Positions 51,582 to 61,074 of a stretch of 64,000 nucleotides of DNA are shown here, piece after piece; within the stretch, counting starts at the first letter, position 1; each line of letters starts with the position of its first letter. The DNA is from an uncultured Holophagales bacterium. Its GTDB lineage: Bacteria; Acidobacteriota; Thermoanaerobaculia; Multivoradales; UBA5704. The stretch lies in NCBI GenBank assembly GCA_963842525.1, contig CAWJGT010000032.1:64001-128000 (forward strand), read 5' to 3'. The position numbers and the translations under genes are program-made. The notes under the pieces are model-generated. The model did not search any database. It was not told the origin of the DNA and saw nothing but the letters and a program-made list of their open reading frames with translations.

Positions 51582-51807
51582 GTCTCCTCCTTCGAGAGAG
51601 ACGGGGTAAACGTTTTAAGACGATCATCCATTGCAACAGGGGCTCCTGCAAAGGCAAAAGACCTGCGAATGGTCTGCCGGAAAGGAGGCGGGCCGCGCGA
51701 TCGCCGGCTGCTATACTCGCCGGCCGGCGATGTGCGCAGTTCTTCCTCTTCTTCGAGACTGCTCCCGGGTGTGGCGCAATTCTGGGATTGGGTCACTAAA
51801 CATATCA

Positions 51808-53922
51808 GTGCGTCGGAGGCCAAAACGAGCCGCGGCCGCGTGGGTTTTTTTTGCCGCAGCCTGCGCCGCGTTCCTGGCGGAGGCCGCTCCGGTCCGGCAG
51901 GCCAGACACGCACCGCCGCCGGCCGCCCGCAGCGTGGTCCTGATCACCCTCGACACGACCCGCGCCGACCACCTCGGGGCCTGGGGCTGGCCCCACGCGC
52001 GGACGCCCGTCCTGGACGCCCTGGCCGCGCGCGGCGCCCGCTTCTCGCGCTGCGACACGGCGGCGCCCTTGACCCTGCCGAGCCATGCCACGCTGCTGAC
52101 CGGCCTCTATCCGCCCCGGCATGGAGTGCGGGACAACGGCACCTTCACGCTCGCCGGCCGCTTCGAGACCGTGGCCGAGCGGCTGGCGGCCCGCGGCTGG
52201 GACACTGCCGCCGTGGTCTCGGCCGTGGTCCTGGCGCGCCGGCACGGCCTCGCCCAGGGCTTCCGCCTCTACGACGACGACCTGGGAGCGGGCTATGCCC
52301 AGGGCACCGAGGTCAGCGAGCGCACCGCCGAGGCGGCGACCGATACCGCCCTGGCCGCCGCCGGGAAGCTGCGCGCCCCCTTCTTCCTCTGGGTGCACTA
52401 TTTCGATCCGCACCGGGAGTACCGGCCGCCCAGCCGTTTCGCCGATGCCGCGACCGGGCCGCACCGCCTCTACGACGGCGAGATCGCCTTCATGGACGAG
52501 CAGATCGGCCGCCTCCTGGCGGGCCTGCCCAAGGACGCCGCCGTCGTGGTGGTCGCAGACCATGGCGAGATGCTCGGCGAGCATGGCGAGGAGGAGCACG
52601 GGCTGTTACCCTATGGCGGGGCGCGGCGGGTGCCGCTGCTCCTCGCCGGCCCCGGCATCCCGGGCGGCCGCAGCGTGGACTGCCTGGTGCGGACCGCCGA
52701 CGTCGCGCCCACGCTGCTCACCCTCGCCGGCGGACCGGCCCCCGCGGGGCTCGACGGCGAGGATCTGCTCCCCCTCCTCCATGGCAGAGGAGGCTGCGAC
52801 CGGATGAGCTATAGCGAGGCCTTCCTGCCGTTCTTCTCCTACAAGTGGTACCCACTGCGGGCGCTCTCGACCGACCGCTTCCTCTATGTTCACGGGCCGA
52901 CGGGGAGCCTCTACCAGCTTCCTTCCGATCCCGAGGAGGACGAGGACCTGGCGCCGCAGCAGCCGGCTGCGCTACGGCTCTGGGAGCGGCGGCTGCGCGA
53001 TCTCCTGAAGAAGTCCGGCGAGGACCTTGATGCCGAGGTGCGCGCCGGCGCCGACCTCAGCGCCGGGGAACGGGAGCGGCTGGCGAGCCTCGGCTATCTC
53101 GGCGGATCGTCCGGCGGCGCCGTGGGGAAGGGGCTCCCGGACCCGCGGCGGATGATGGACGTCAAGCGGGCCCTCGACGCGGCCGTGGCGACCGTGCAGC
53201 AGGGGAAGTGCTCCGCGGCCCTGCCGGCGCTCCAGGACGTCGTCCGCCGCGACCCGCGCAACGTTCCTGCCCTCAACCTGGCGGGTTTCTGCCTGAAGCA
53301 GGCCGGGCGGCACGAATCGGCGCTCGCCCTGTACCAGCGGGCGGAGCGGGAGAACGGGAGGTCGGCCACCCCGGTGGCCGGCGCCGCGGACTGCCTGCTG
53401 GCCCTGGGACGGCGGCAGGAGGCGGAGGCGGAGTACCGCCGCGCCCTGGAGCTCGATCCGACCCTGGGAGAGGCGGCGGTGAGCCTGGCGCGCCTGCTGC
53501 GCGGGCGGGGGGACCGGGCGGGAGCCTTGCGGATCCTCGACGCTTCGGTCGAGGCCGGGAGCCACACCGCCGAGGTTTATCTGACGCGCGGGGGGGTCCA
53601 GGCCGAGAGCGGCCGGCTGGCCGAGGCGCTGCGCGACTTCCGCGAGGCCGCGCGGCGGAGCCCCCTCGACCCCTCACCCCTGGAGAGCGCGGCCCAGGCC
53701 GCCTTCCAGCTCGGCCGGCACCAGGAGGCCGTGCAGCTCTACGAGCAGCTCCTGCGCCTCCAGCCGAACCGGCTGGACGCCTGGAAGACGGCGGGCGCGA
53801 TCTATTACGAGACGCTGGACGACCGTCCCAACGCCCTGCGCTGCTTCCGCCGTGCCCTCACCCTGGAGATCGATCCGCGCGAGCGGGACCAGCTCGCGGA
53901 CCTCATCCGCGAGCTGGAGTAG
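51808..53922 (+). CDS. Sulfatase-family hydrolase with C-terminal TPRs
   Basis: 'LITLDTTRADH', 'TLPSHATLLTG', 'HYFDPH', 'YDGEI', 'ADHGE', TPRs; start uncertain. Confidence 0.88.
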   Translation: MRRRPKRAAAAWVFFAAACAAFLAEAAPVRQARHAPPPAARSVVLITLDTTRADHLGAWGWPHARTPVLDALAARGARFSRCDTAAPLTLPSHATLLTGLYPPRHGVRDNGTFTLAGRFETVAERLAARGWDTAAVVSAVVLARRHGLAQGFRLYDDDLGAGYAQGTEVSERTAEAATDTALAAAGKLRAPFFLWVHYFDPHREYRPPSRFADAATGPHRLYDGEIAFMDEQIGRLLAGLPKDAAVVVVADHGEMLGEHGEEEHGLLPYGGARRVPLLLAGPGIPGGRSVDCLVRTADVAPTLLTLAGGPAPAGLDGEDLLPLLHGRGGCDRMSYSEAFLPFFSYKWYPLRALSTDRFLYVHGPTGSLYQLPSDPEEDEDLAPQQPAALRLWERRLRDLLKKSGEDLDAEVRAGADLSAGERERLASLGYLGGSSGGAVGKGLPDPRRMMDVKRALDAAVATVQQGKCSAALPALQDVVRRDPRNVPALNLAGFCLKQAGRHESALALYQRAERENGRSATPVAGAADCLLALGRRQEAEAEYRRALELDPTLGEAAVSLARLLRGRGDRAGALRILDASVEAGSHTAEVYLTRGGVQAESGRLAEALRDFREAARRSPLDPSPLESAAQAAFQLGRHQEAVQLYEQLLRLQPNRLDAWKTAGAIYYETLDDRPNALRCFRRALTLEIDPRERDQLADLIRELE

Positions 53923-54042
53923 GGGCCGGGCTTGCCGGAACGGCCGAGACGCAACACAATACGGGGCGTCTTTTTTGAAAAGCTCATCCCTTGACTCCGC
54001 CCGCACGGGCCAGAGGGGGCGGCTTGGAGACGGAGGGCCGTT

Positions 54043-54786
54043 TTGCTGAGAGAGTTTCTGCGGAAGGTGGCGCTCTTCCAGGAGCTCCCGGAAGACCAGC
54101 TCCAGCGGCTGGAGGCGATGGCTCGCGAGGAGTCGCTCCCGCCGAAGCAGATCGTCTACCGGGAGGGTGACCCGGTCGATGCCTTCTATCTGGTCCGGGA
54201 GGGGCTGGTGACCGTCTTCCGGGAGGAGAAGGGCAAGCCGATGGAGGTGCTGGCGCGCCTGGAGGCCGGCGGCTTCTTCGGTGAGATGGGGCTGCTCAAC
54301 GACAAGGCGCGGCGGATCGCCTCGGCGCGCACCGCCCTGCCCACGGTCCTGCTGCGCATCGACCGGGGCGACCTGATCACCCTTTTGGCGGACAACCCCA
54401 TGGTGGAGCTCAAGTTCCGTGCCGAGGTGATCCGCCGGCACGGGATGAGCGTTTCCGCCCTGCTGGGGCTCGCCGGGCAGCGGGACGTGCGCATCCACCT
54501 GGGAGCCGACGCCGAGATCACGCTCGACGACGGCACCGTGCTCCCGGTCCAACTGGAGAACGTCTCGCTCGGGGGCATCGGCATCTCCGGAGCGCCGGAC
54601 GCCTGGGAAACGCAGCAGCCGGTCCGCTTCACCCTGGGGCTCCCGGGCGAGCCCCCCCTCCTGCGGGTGATCGGGACCATCACCTGGCTGGAAGGCACCT
54701 ACGCGGGCATCGCCTTCGGACCCGACACCGCCGGCGACGCCCACCTGATCCACCAGGTCGTGCGGCGGTTCCTGCGGAGGAAATGA
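54043..54786 (+). CDS. Cyclic-nucleotide-binding - PilZ domain protein
   Basis: cNMP 'REGD', 'FFGEMGLL', 'RIASARTA'; PilZ-like 'QRDVR', 'NVSLGG', 'AGIAF'. Confidence 0.8.
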   Translation: MLREFLRKVALFQELPEDQLQRLEAMAREESLPPKQIVYREGDPVDAFYLVREGLVTVFREEKGKPMEVLARLEAGGFFGEMGLLNDKARRIASARTALPTVLLRIDRGDLITLLADNPMVELKFRAEVIRRHGMSVSALLGLAGQRDVRIHLGADAEITLDDGTVLPVQLENVSLGGIGISGAPDAWETQQPVRFTLGLPGEPPLLRVIGTITWLEGTYAGIAFGPDTAGDAHLIHQVVRRFLRRK

Positions 54787-54792
54787 CGGGGC

Positions 54793-54937
54793 CCCTCCCC
54801 TGCCCCCTCCCCCGCGCGGCCACCACCCTTCCACCCCGAGCGGGAGAGGGGCGCCACCACCCAGCCGATTTTTCTCCCCCTCTCCCGTTCGGGGAGGGGG
54901 GTGGTGGACGCAAGGGAGAGGGAGTAGGGGGAGAGGG
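54793..54937. repeat. REP-like palindromic element
   Basis: Same internal cores as the ligD-internal copy. Confidence 0.8.
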
Positions 54938-54945
54938 CTCTCTCC

Positions 54946-55062
54946 TCACCCTTCCGGTGCGATCGCCACCTCGACGCGCTGGCCGAGCTTGAGCGGCGTA
55001 GGCCCGGCGAGGGCGAACCTGACCCGCAGGACGCGGGTGCCCGCCGGGTCGCCGGCCTCCCG
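54946..55062 (-). pseudogene. 3' remnant of a HlyD/efflux adaptor-like gene
   Basis: Reads EAGDPAGTRVLRVRFALAGPTPLKLGQRVEVAIAPEG-stop with no upstream body. Confidence 0.5.
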
Positions 55063-55126
55063 TGCTCGCCGGCATTGGTGAAACGGGTGAGCCGAATCTC
55101 CCTGGGAAGGTCTCACAACGACGGCG

Positions 55127-55548
55127 CTACAGGTGGCTGAGAAAACCTTCTACGCCCCATATTTCCACGCCATGCTCGGCCATCTCTCGCGCAGTCGATC
55201 ATCTGCTCGAAGATCGGAGTCTCCGGAGACGATGGCGTCAACACGGCCATCGATGGCGGTCGCCAGTACAGGTTCATCCTTGAAGTCCCGGCAGCGGGGC
55301 GGAGTCGTGGTGACCACCACCTGTTCCCCCCGGAAACGCAGTTGCCGCAGGAGCTTGCGCACCCTCTCGTGCGGGATTCGCTTCCTCAGCCGTGGGCGGT
55401 GCGAGACTTCCTCAAGCTCGTCAAGGAGAGGTTGACTGATGACGACTCGAAACCTCCCGGATCGCCAAGCCTCAAGAATCGGTAGAGTGAACGGGCCAGC
55501 CAGCAGTATTCGAATCCAGATGTTGGTGTCGATCACGACCCTCTTCAT
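55127..55548 (-). CDS. PIN-domain toxin (frameshift near 55185)
   Basis: 'RVVIDTNI', 'CRDFKDEPVLATA', 'IVSGDSDL'; a one-base shift restores ...MAEHGVEIWGVEGFLSHL-stop at 55127. Confidence 0.85.
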
Positions 55549-55796
55549 CGAGCTCTCGACTGGCGCACCGCTCGCACCTCGGCTTGGATCTCGGCGTCGG
55601 TGATGTCGTCGGCCGGTGACGTTTCTGAAAGCTCCAGCAAGAGGTGGCGCAACTCGTCGTCCATCTTCGACTCGAGAAGGACCCGGGCGATCAACGCGCG
55701 ACCCGGTTCGTCGAGCTGCCGGATGACCGCCAGTAATTGGTCGAAGCTCATCTTTACGTTTGGGACGGTAATCTCGACCGCAGCCTGGCCAGACAT
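55545..55796 (-). CDS. Putative antitoxin
   Basis: GAGGAGG RBS, 83 aa, 'ITDAEIQAEVRAVR', ATGA overlap with the PIN gene. Confidence 0.75.
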   Translation of the reverse strand: MSGQAAVEITVPNVKMSFDQLLAVIRQLDEPGRALIARVLLESKMDDELRHLLLELSETSPADDITDAEIQAEVRAVRQSRAR

Positions 55797-56038
55797 GTCT
55801 AAGTCCTCCTCATTGCTGAGATGGGCGTGCCTCTGACAGACGCCCGGAGGAGTCCGGTGCTCCCCTGGCCGGGCCAGCCCGGCAGAATTATACCGCCTGC
55901 TGTCGCGGAATCGCACCCGCCTGGACCAAGTGCCAGGGCGAACCCCTTGGGGTGCGCAGCGGCAGGCGTTGAAAGACCTCCCGCCGACGGCTTCCCCTGC
56001 CGGGGTGTAAACCGTCGGGGAAGCCACGCGCGCAATCG

Positions 56039-56953
56039 TTACCGGGAGTCGAGGAACTCCTCGATCAGCCGCGCGGTTAGCTCGGGATAGCGGGTGTCCT
56101 TCTGCGTCATCACGGCTTCGCCAAGATAGTCCCCGTGTCCACCGGGCAGGATCAGCAGGCGTGCACCCGAAATCAGGCGAGTCAGCTCGACGGCATGCTC
56201 AGGTTTCACGATGTCTTGATCTCCAAGGACGATCAGCGTCGGCGCGCGGACCGACCGAACCAGGTCGTCTGGTACATCCTTGAAGCTCTGCATCCTCGCG
56301 GCGTCCTTGTCGTGCATGGTCTTGAGCTTCTGCATGTCCGGGTTCACCCGCAGGAACGCGTCCTTGAGCGGCTGCGGCATGTTCGAGAAGTCCGCCTGCT
56401 TCATGAACTCCCACAGCTGCGGCTGAGCACCGTCCCTCTTGGTCATCGATGAAGCGAAGACCATCTTCCGCACGAGCTGCGGATGTCGTATGGCGACTTG
56501 GAGAGCGACGCTGGCCCCGTTGCTGAATCCAAAGATGTCCGCCTTGTCGACCTTCAGGTACCGAAGGAGGGCCGCGACGTCGTCCGCGGAGGACTCGAAC
56601 GTGACGGGCGCATCACGATCGGTCGTACGGCCATGCCCCTGCTCCTCCACCGCAATGACCCTGCGGCTGCCGGCGAAGACCGGGAGCACTCTGCTGAACG
56701 TGACCTCAATGGTGGACCCGCCGCCGTGCAGCAGGACGAGCGGAACGCCGTCTCTGCGACCATGCACTTCGTAGTACATGTTGATGCCGTTGACTGGGGC
56801 ATGGCCGCTCTCGAACGGTTTCGATTGAAGGGTTGACACGTTCTCTCCAGGTCCCATGGCGCCACCAGGTGCGTAGCCGCTGATCGCCAACAGTATCGCA
56901 ATCACAATGGTGCCGATCGGGCGAAATGTGAAGGTGGCAGTCGGCGGTTCCAT
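56039..56953 (-). CDS. Alpha/beta hydrolase
   Basis: 'LVLLHGG', 'QGHGRT', 'GFSNG', 'GDQD', 'PGGH'; start may be 56858. Confidence 0.88.
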   Translation of the reverse strand: MEPPTATFTFRPIGTIVIAILLAISGYAPGGAMGPGENVSTLQSKPFESGHAPVNGINMYYEVHGRRDGVPLVLLHGGGSTIEVTFSRVLPVFAGSRRVIAVEEQGHGRTTDRDAPVTFESSADDVAALLRYLKVDKADIFGFSNGASVALQVAIRHPQLVRKMVFASSMTKRDGAQPQLWEFMKQADFSNMPQPLKDAFLRVNPDMQKLKTMHDKDAARMQSFKDVPDDLVRSVRAPTLIVLGDQDIVKPEHAVELTRLISGARLLILPGGHGDYLGEAVMTQKDTRYPELTARLIEEFLDSR

Positions 56954-57056
56954 GGCAGATGAAGACTATCCCAGGCTGGCTGTTCCTGAAGTGAATCTCG
57001 GAAGACCGCCGCTCAGGGGTACAATGCGGTCCACCTTCGCAGCGGAGGAGGCCTCG

Positions 57057-57659
57057 ATGGCAGACGACCAGAAGCCCTTCATCACCCTGCCCACGGACGA
57101 GGAGATGCGCGTCCGGAGAGAGGGGTCCGGTATGAAGCCGACCTACAACTTCGGTTTCATCGGCGGGATGTCCCGCCTGCTCGCCGCGCACGAGCGGATC
57201 GGCAAGGCCCTGCAGACGGCGTTCTACGAGATGATGTTCGCGCCTGGAGCGCTCGACCGTGCTGAACGGGAGATGCTTGCCGCGGTCGCTTCGGCGGCCC
57301 AGGACTGCGAGTACTGAACGGAATCTCACGCAGAGTTTCTGCGTGTCGAGCACAACGATCGGGAGCTGGTCGAGGCGATCAAGCGGCGCCGCTGGCGCGA
57401 GCTGACCCACCTCACTCCGCGGCAGCGGGCACTCTGCACGCTCGCCGAGAAGATGACCCTGACCCCGACGGAGATGACCGCCGCGGACTGGCAGCCGTTG
57501 CGCGAGGCCGGGCTCGACGAGCAGGGCCTCCTCGAAGTCGCCCACATCGTGGCCATCTTCAACTACTTCCCGCGCATGGCCGACGGCTTCGGCCTGAAGC
57601 CCGATCCCAAGCTGCGCGAAGCCGCCGTAACCGGTATCCCACTCCAGCGGACCACCTGA
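57057..57659 (+). CDS. AhpD/peroxidase-related selenoprotein (C-E-Y-Sec)
   Basis: GGAGGAGG RBS; in-frame TGA 57315-57317 in 'REMLAAVASAAQDCEY*TESHAEFL'; frame continues to 'AIFNYFPRMADGFG'; hairpin CACGCAGA-GTT-TCTGCGTG 9 nt after TGA. Confidence 0.85.
57327..57345 (+). promoter_or_regulatory. Putative bacterial SECIS element
   Basis: 8-bp perfect stem with a G-starting apical loop 17 nt downstream of the UGA. Confidence 0.7.
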
Positions 57660-58021
57660 GGAGTCTGAAGCCCTGTTCGCAGAGCCGGCCCGAGATCACG
57701 TTGACTCGAGTCCATATGCCACGGACCCGGGTCCTTCAAGCATTGACTACAGGAAACGTCCCGCGGGGGTCCGCGAGACCTGCAGCCGGCCCAACGTCGT
57801 GCTTTTCGGAGCCGCGACTCCATCGAGCCCGGCGCCTGGCGCGCACTCTCTGGATGGAGGAGCAGGCACTCCGGTCGCCGGCAGCCGCACTCTGGCCTGC
57901 CTCAAGAAGGGTCCTGCGCTCATGAGCCGTCGCACGCTCCGCGAGAGTCTCAACGCACTGCGAAAGCCCGGTCCTCCGGCTCCTGCGATATCGTCACCGC
58001 CGAAACGGGGGAGAAGGTGCC

Positions 58022-58651
58022 ATGGATCGGATCCCGGACGGGAATCCTGATTTTCGACAACGTGGAGGTGCTCGACTTCGCCGGCCCCTTCGAGGTGTTC
58101 TCGCGCACCCGCCTGGCGCCCGGGCTCGACTCCCGCCGTTCGGAGGAGACGGCGCCCTTCGACGTCTTCACCGTAGCCCGGACCCGCGATCCGATCACGG
58201 CCACGGGAGGCCTCGAGGTCGTGCCCCGCTATGGCTTCGCCGACGCCCCGGAGATCGACCTCCTGCTCGTCCCCGGCGGCTTCGGCACCCGCGCCCTCCT
58301 CCACGACGAGGAGACCCTGGACTGGATCCGCCGCACGGCCGGCGCTGCCCGCCATGTCACCTCGGTCTGCACCGGTTCCCTCCTCCTGGGAAAGGCCGGC
58401 CTCCTCCGCGGCCGGCGGGCCACCACCCACTGGGGCGCGCTCGACCTCCTCGACGCGCTCGACGCGGGCGTCACGGTGGAGCGCGAGCTGCGCGTGGTGG
58501 ACGACGGCGTCATCACCTCCGCCGGCGTGGCCTCGGGGATCGACATGGCCTTCTACCTCGTCGAGTCGCTCTTCGGCAAGAGGTGGCGGACGAGACGGCG
58601 CGGTACATCGAATACCGGAGGGTGCCGATCTCTCCGGCAAGGTCAGCCTGA
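58022..58651 (+). CDS. DJ-1/PfpI family protein (two compensating frameshifts)
   Basis: 'GILIFDNVEVLDFAGPFEVF', 'LVPGG', 'SVCTG', 'TSAGVASGID'; N- and C-terminal ends ('ADETARYIEY') lie in the 58022 frame. Confidence 0.85.
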   Translation: MDRIPDGNPDFRQRGGARLRRPLRGVLAHPPGARARLPPFGGDGALRRLHRSPDPRSDHGHGRPRGRAPLWLRRRPGDRPPARPRRLRHPRPPPRRGDPGLDPPHGRRCPPCHLGLHRFPPPGKGRPPPRPAGHHPLGRARPPRRARRGRHGGARAARGGRRRHHLRRRGLGDRHGLLPRRVALRQEVADETARYIEYRRVPISPARSA

Positions 58652-58852
58652 GCTCTCCGCGTTCCGGCGCGCCTCGGCTTCCGCCAGCCAGCCGCGGCGG
58701 AGCTGTTCCTCCGGGATGCTCGAGAGGTAGGGCTTGAGATCGAGCACCGGCGTGCCGTCCAGCATGTCGACGCCACGGACGGAGAGGACGCGGCCTTCGC
58801 GGCGGAGGAGCTCGACGACCGTGAGCGCCAGCGGGTTCGGCTGCCGCCGTCC
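58643..58852 (-). pseudogene. tsaA: 3' fragment of TsaA/TrmO tRNA methyltransferase
   Basis: 'PNPLALTVVELL...VRGVDMLDGTPVLDLKPY'; N-terminal two-thirds absent. Confidence 0.75.
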
Positions 58853-58918
58853 CTTTTCGTGTTCTGTTCTGCTAGAATATAGACACTTTCGAGTAGCTTT
58901 CTTTGCGGAGGAGAGATC

Positions 58919-59355
58919 ATGACCAGCTTGCAGCAGGTCCGTGGCTCCGGTATCCGGCTCACCCTTCCGTACGTCCTGCGCTTCTCGGGGATGTGGCTGC
59001 TGGTGAGCGTCTTGATCCTGCTGGTGTTCAGCGTCACCTGCTATACGGCGCTGTTCCTGCGCGCCCCCAGCGAGTCGCGGGATACCCTCATCCTCGTCCT
59101 GACGGTGCAGACGGTGTTCGTGCTGCTGGCGCTGGTGGCGCTGGCGATCTTCAGCACGCACCGGCTCGCAGGGCCTATCGTGGCGATGCGCCGGGCTTGT
59201 GACGAGGTCAAGGCGGGGAACCTCGACCGGCCGCTGCGGTTCCGCCGTTCCGATCCGCACCTGTTCGAGCTCGAGAGCCCTTCAACGAGATGGTGGCCGC
59301 CGTCCGCGCCCGGGTGGACGCCGCCCCGGCGGCCGGCTCCGAGCGCGCTCAGTAG
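58919..59355 (+). CDS. Small two-TM HAMP-domain protein (frameshift near 59278)
   Basis: Two TMs, 'THRLAGPI..MRR...V.AGNL...LRFR..D', continues 'FNEMV' in the shifted frame to TAG 59355. Confidence 0.7.
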
Positions 59356-60260
59356 CGGGCCGCGGCGGTGCGGAAAAGGAGGGGCTGCTCTCCGAAAGGG
59401 TGGTACCATCAGGACCATCGATGAGCCCCTCTGGCCGCTCCCGCGTCCCGCCGCATGTGCCTGGCAAGCCGGCCGAGGTTCCGGTCGTCCAGGCGAAGAA
59501 GGTAGCCTCGCCGGAGGTTCATTGGCCCCATCGGCTCCGAGCCGCGCAGGCGAAGCTGCCGGCGGTTGCTCCTCCGCCCTTGCCTCAGCAGAAGAGCGTG
59601 GCGCCGCCCCCGGTTCGTTTCCCGCGACAGCCGGCTCCTTCTGTCGGCGGGCGGGTCCTTCAGCAGGCGGCGAATCCGGTGACGAAGAAGAAGGCAAAGC
59701 CGAAGGCGATGTCCCTGGGCGCTTTCTACAAGGAGGTGGACGCGAAGGCTCCCGCGAAAGCTCCCGCGAAAGCAGCACCGCTCAACTTCGCCGCTGCAGC
59801 CAAAGCCGGGGCCGGCGCGCCTGCAGCCGCGGCGGCAGCGCCTCCCTTGATGCCCACGGTTTTCGATGGAACCTGTTCTCCCGAGGGGTGGAGCAATGCC
59901 CGGATCGTAGAGCTCGTCGCTCTGGCTGCGCGCCCCGCCCGTTTCCGGGCGTCGGGCCTTACGGATGGTGGCGGGACTGAGGAGACGCACTATTGGAGCT
60001 TCGATGCCTTGTGGGTGATATCTGGCGTCGTCTCCGCGGCCGGCAGGCTTTCTGGCGGTACCTACGTGGAGGGCACATTGCAGTTGCACTACCATCCGCA
60101 CGCCAGGCCCACGGACAACTATCTGCACATCAAGAAGAGCGATGGATCGGACCCGGGGGCGGGTGCGTTCAAGAACAATCACTGGCTCGTAGCGGCGATC
60201 GGTCTGACCGCAGCAGCTCTCACGCCGGACGGCGTCTGACGCTCAGTAGCGGGCCGCGGC
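59346..60260. repeat. 21-bp perfect direct repeat pair
   Basis: CGCTCAGTAGCGGGCCGCGGC at 59346-59366 and 60240-60260. Confidence 0.85.
59421..60239 (+). CDS. Hypothetical protein, Pro/Ala-rich N-terminus and His-containing C-terminal domain
   Basis: 'VVQAK', 'AAQAK', 'VLQ' motifs; C-terminal 'LQLHYHPH...YLHIK'; bracketed by a 21-bp direct repeat. Confidence 0.6.
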   Translation: MSPSGRSRVPPHVPGKPAEVPVVQAKKVASPEVHWPHRLRAAQAKLPAVAPPPLPQQKSVAPPPVRFPRQPAPSVGGRVLQQAANPVTKKKAKPKAMSLGAFYKEVDAKAPAKAPAKAAPLNFAAAAKAGAGAPAAAAAAPPLMPTVFDGTCSPEGWSNARIVELVALAARPARFRASGLTDGGGTEETHYWSFDALWVISGVVSAAGRLSGGTYVEGTLQLHYHPHARPTDNYLHIKKSDGSDPGAGAFKNNHWLVAAIGLTAAALTPDGV

Positions 60261-60324
60261 CTTCCGCATCTGTGGAGGCCCCACCACCGCGTGTATACTG
60301 ACACAGACGAACGGAGGCACGCGC

Positions 60325-60594
60325 ATGGAGATCCATGAGCTGGTGATCGAGATGAAGCTGCTCGAGCGTCGGATGACGCTGTATGAGGAGAAGTACGGAA
60401 TCCTCAGTGGAGACTTCTACTCGGCGCTGATGGCAGGAAAGCTGGAGCGTTTCGACGAGTTTGACGAAACCCGGGCGGACTTCAGCCGCTGGAAGGGTAT
60501 CTACGAGACATGGTCGAGGCGCAAAAGGACCTACGACGAGCAGTTGAAAGGGCGTGAAGTCTCAGAAACCCTGCGCTTCCAGCCTGCCTACTGA
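60325..60594 (+). CDS. Putative antitoxin (TumA-like)
   Basis: '[13 protein letters not shown]...GKL...DFSRW'; TATACT at 60294 and GGAGG RBS. Confidence 0.7.
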   Translation: MEIHELVIEMKLLERRMTLYEEKYGILSGDFYSALMAGKLERFDEFDETRADFSRWKGIYETWSRRKRTYDEQLKGREVSETLRFQPAY

Positions 60595-60596
60595 GA

Positions 60597-61007
60597 ATGC
60601 GCGAGTCTCCTCTGAGGTCGCTCGCGGAGTACAGTCGCTTTATTGCCGAGCTATTCGATCAACCGCAGGTCGAGCACTCTACGGTTGCCATCTGGTCAGA
60701 CAGCCCATACACCGGAATTGCTGAGGGAGAGGTGTTCTTCAATGGTGGCATTCGTCTGCGGATGCGGGAAGAGATCGATTTTGCGGAGGGCCTGATCGTC
60801 TCGTACGGATACGAGGTCTATCGGGGCGAGGCACGGTTGTACTGGTATGACGACTTTCCTCATCCCGGAGATCCCTCTCTAGCTTCCACATTTCCGCATC
60901 ACAAGCATGTACCGCCCAACCTGAGGCAGAACCGGATTCCTGCACCGGGGCTGAGCTTCGATCAGCCGAATCTCCCTCTAGTCTTTCGTGAAATCGAGCA
61001 GATCTGA
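60597..61007 (+). CDS. DUF6516/TumE-like putative toxin
   Basis: 'YGYE...WYDDFPHP....STFPHHKH' motif. Confidence 0.75.
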   Translation: MRESPLRSLAEYSRFIAELFDQPQVEHSTVAIWSDSPYTGIAEGEVFFNGGIRLRMREEIDFAEGLIVSYGYEVYRGEARLYWYDDFPHPGDPSLASTFPHHKHVPPNLRQNRIPAPGLSFDQPNLPLVFREIEQI

Positions 61008-61074
61008 TCGTGAGGCGAGCACGCCAGCGCCGACACCAGAGCGACCAGCGCGACGGTCAGGAGAAACTGGGCCA

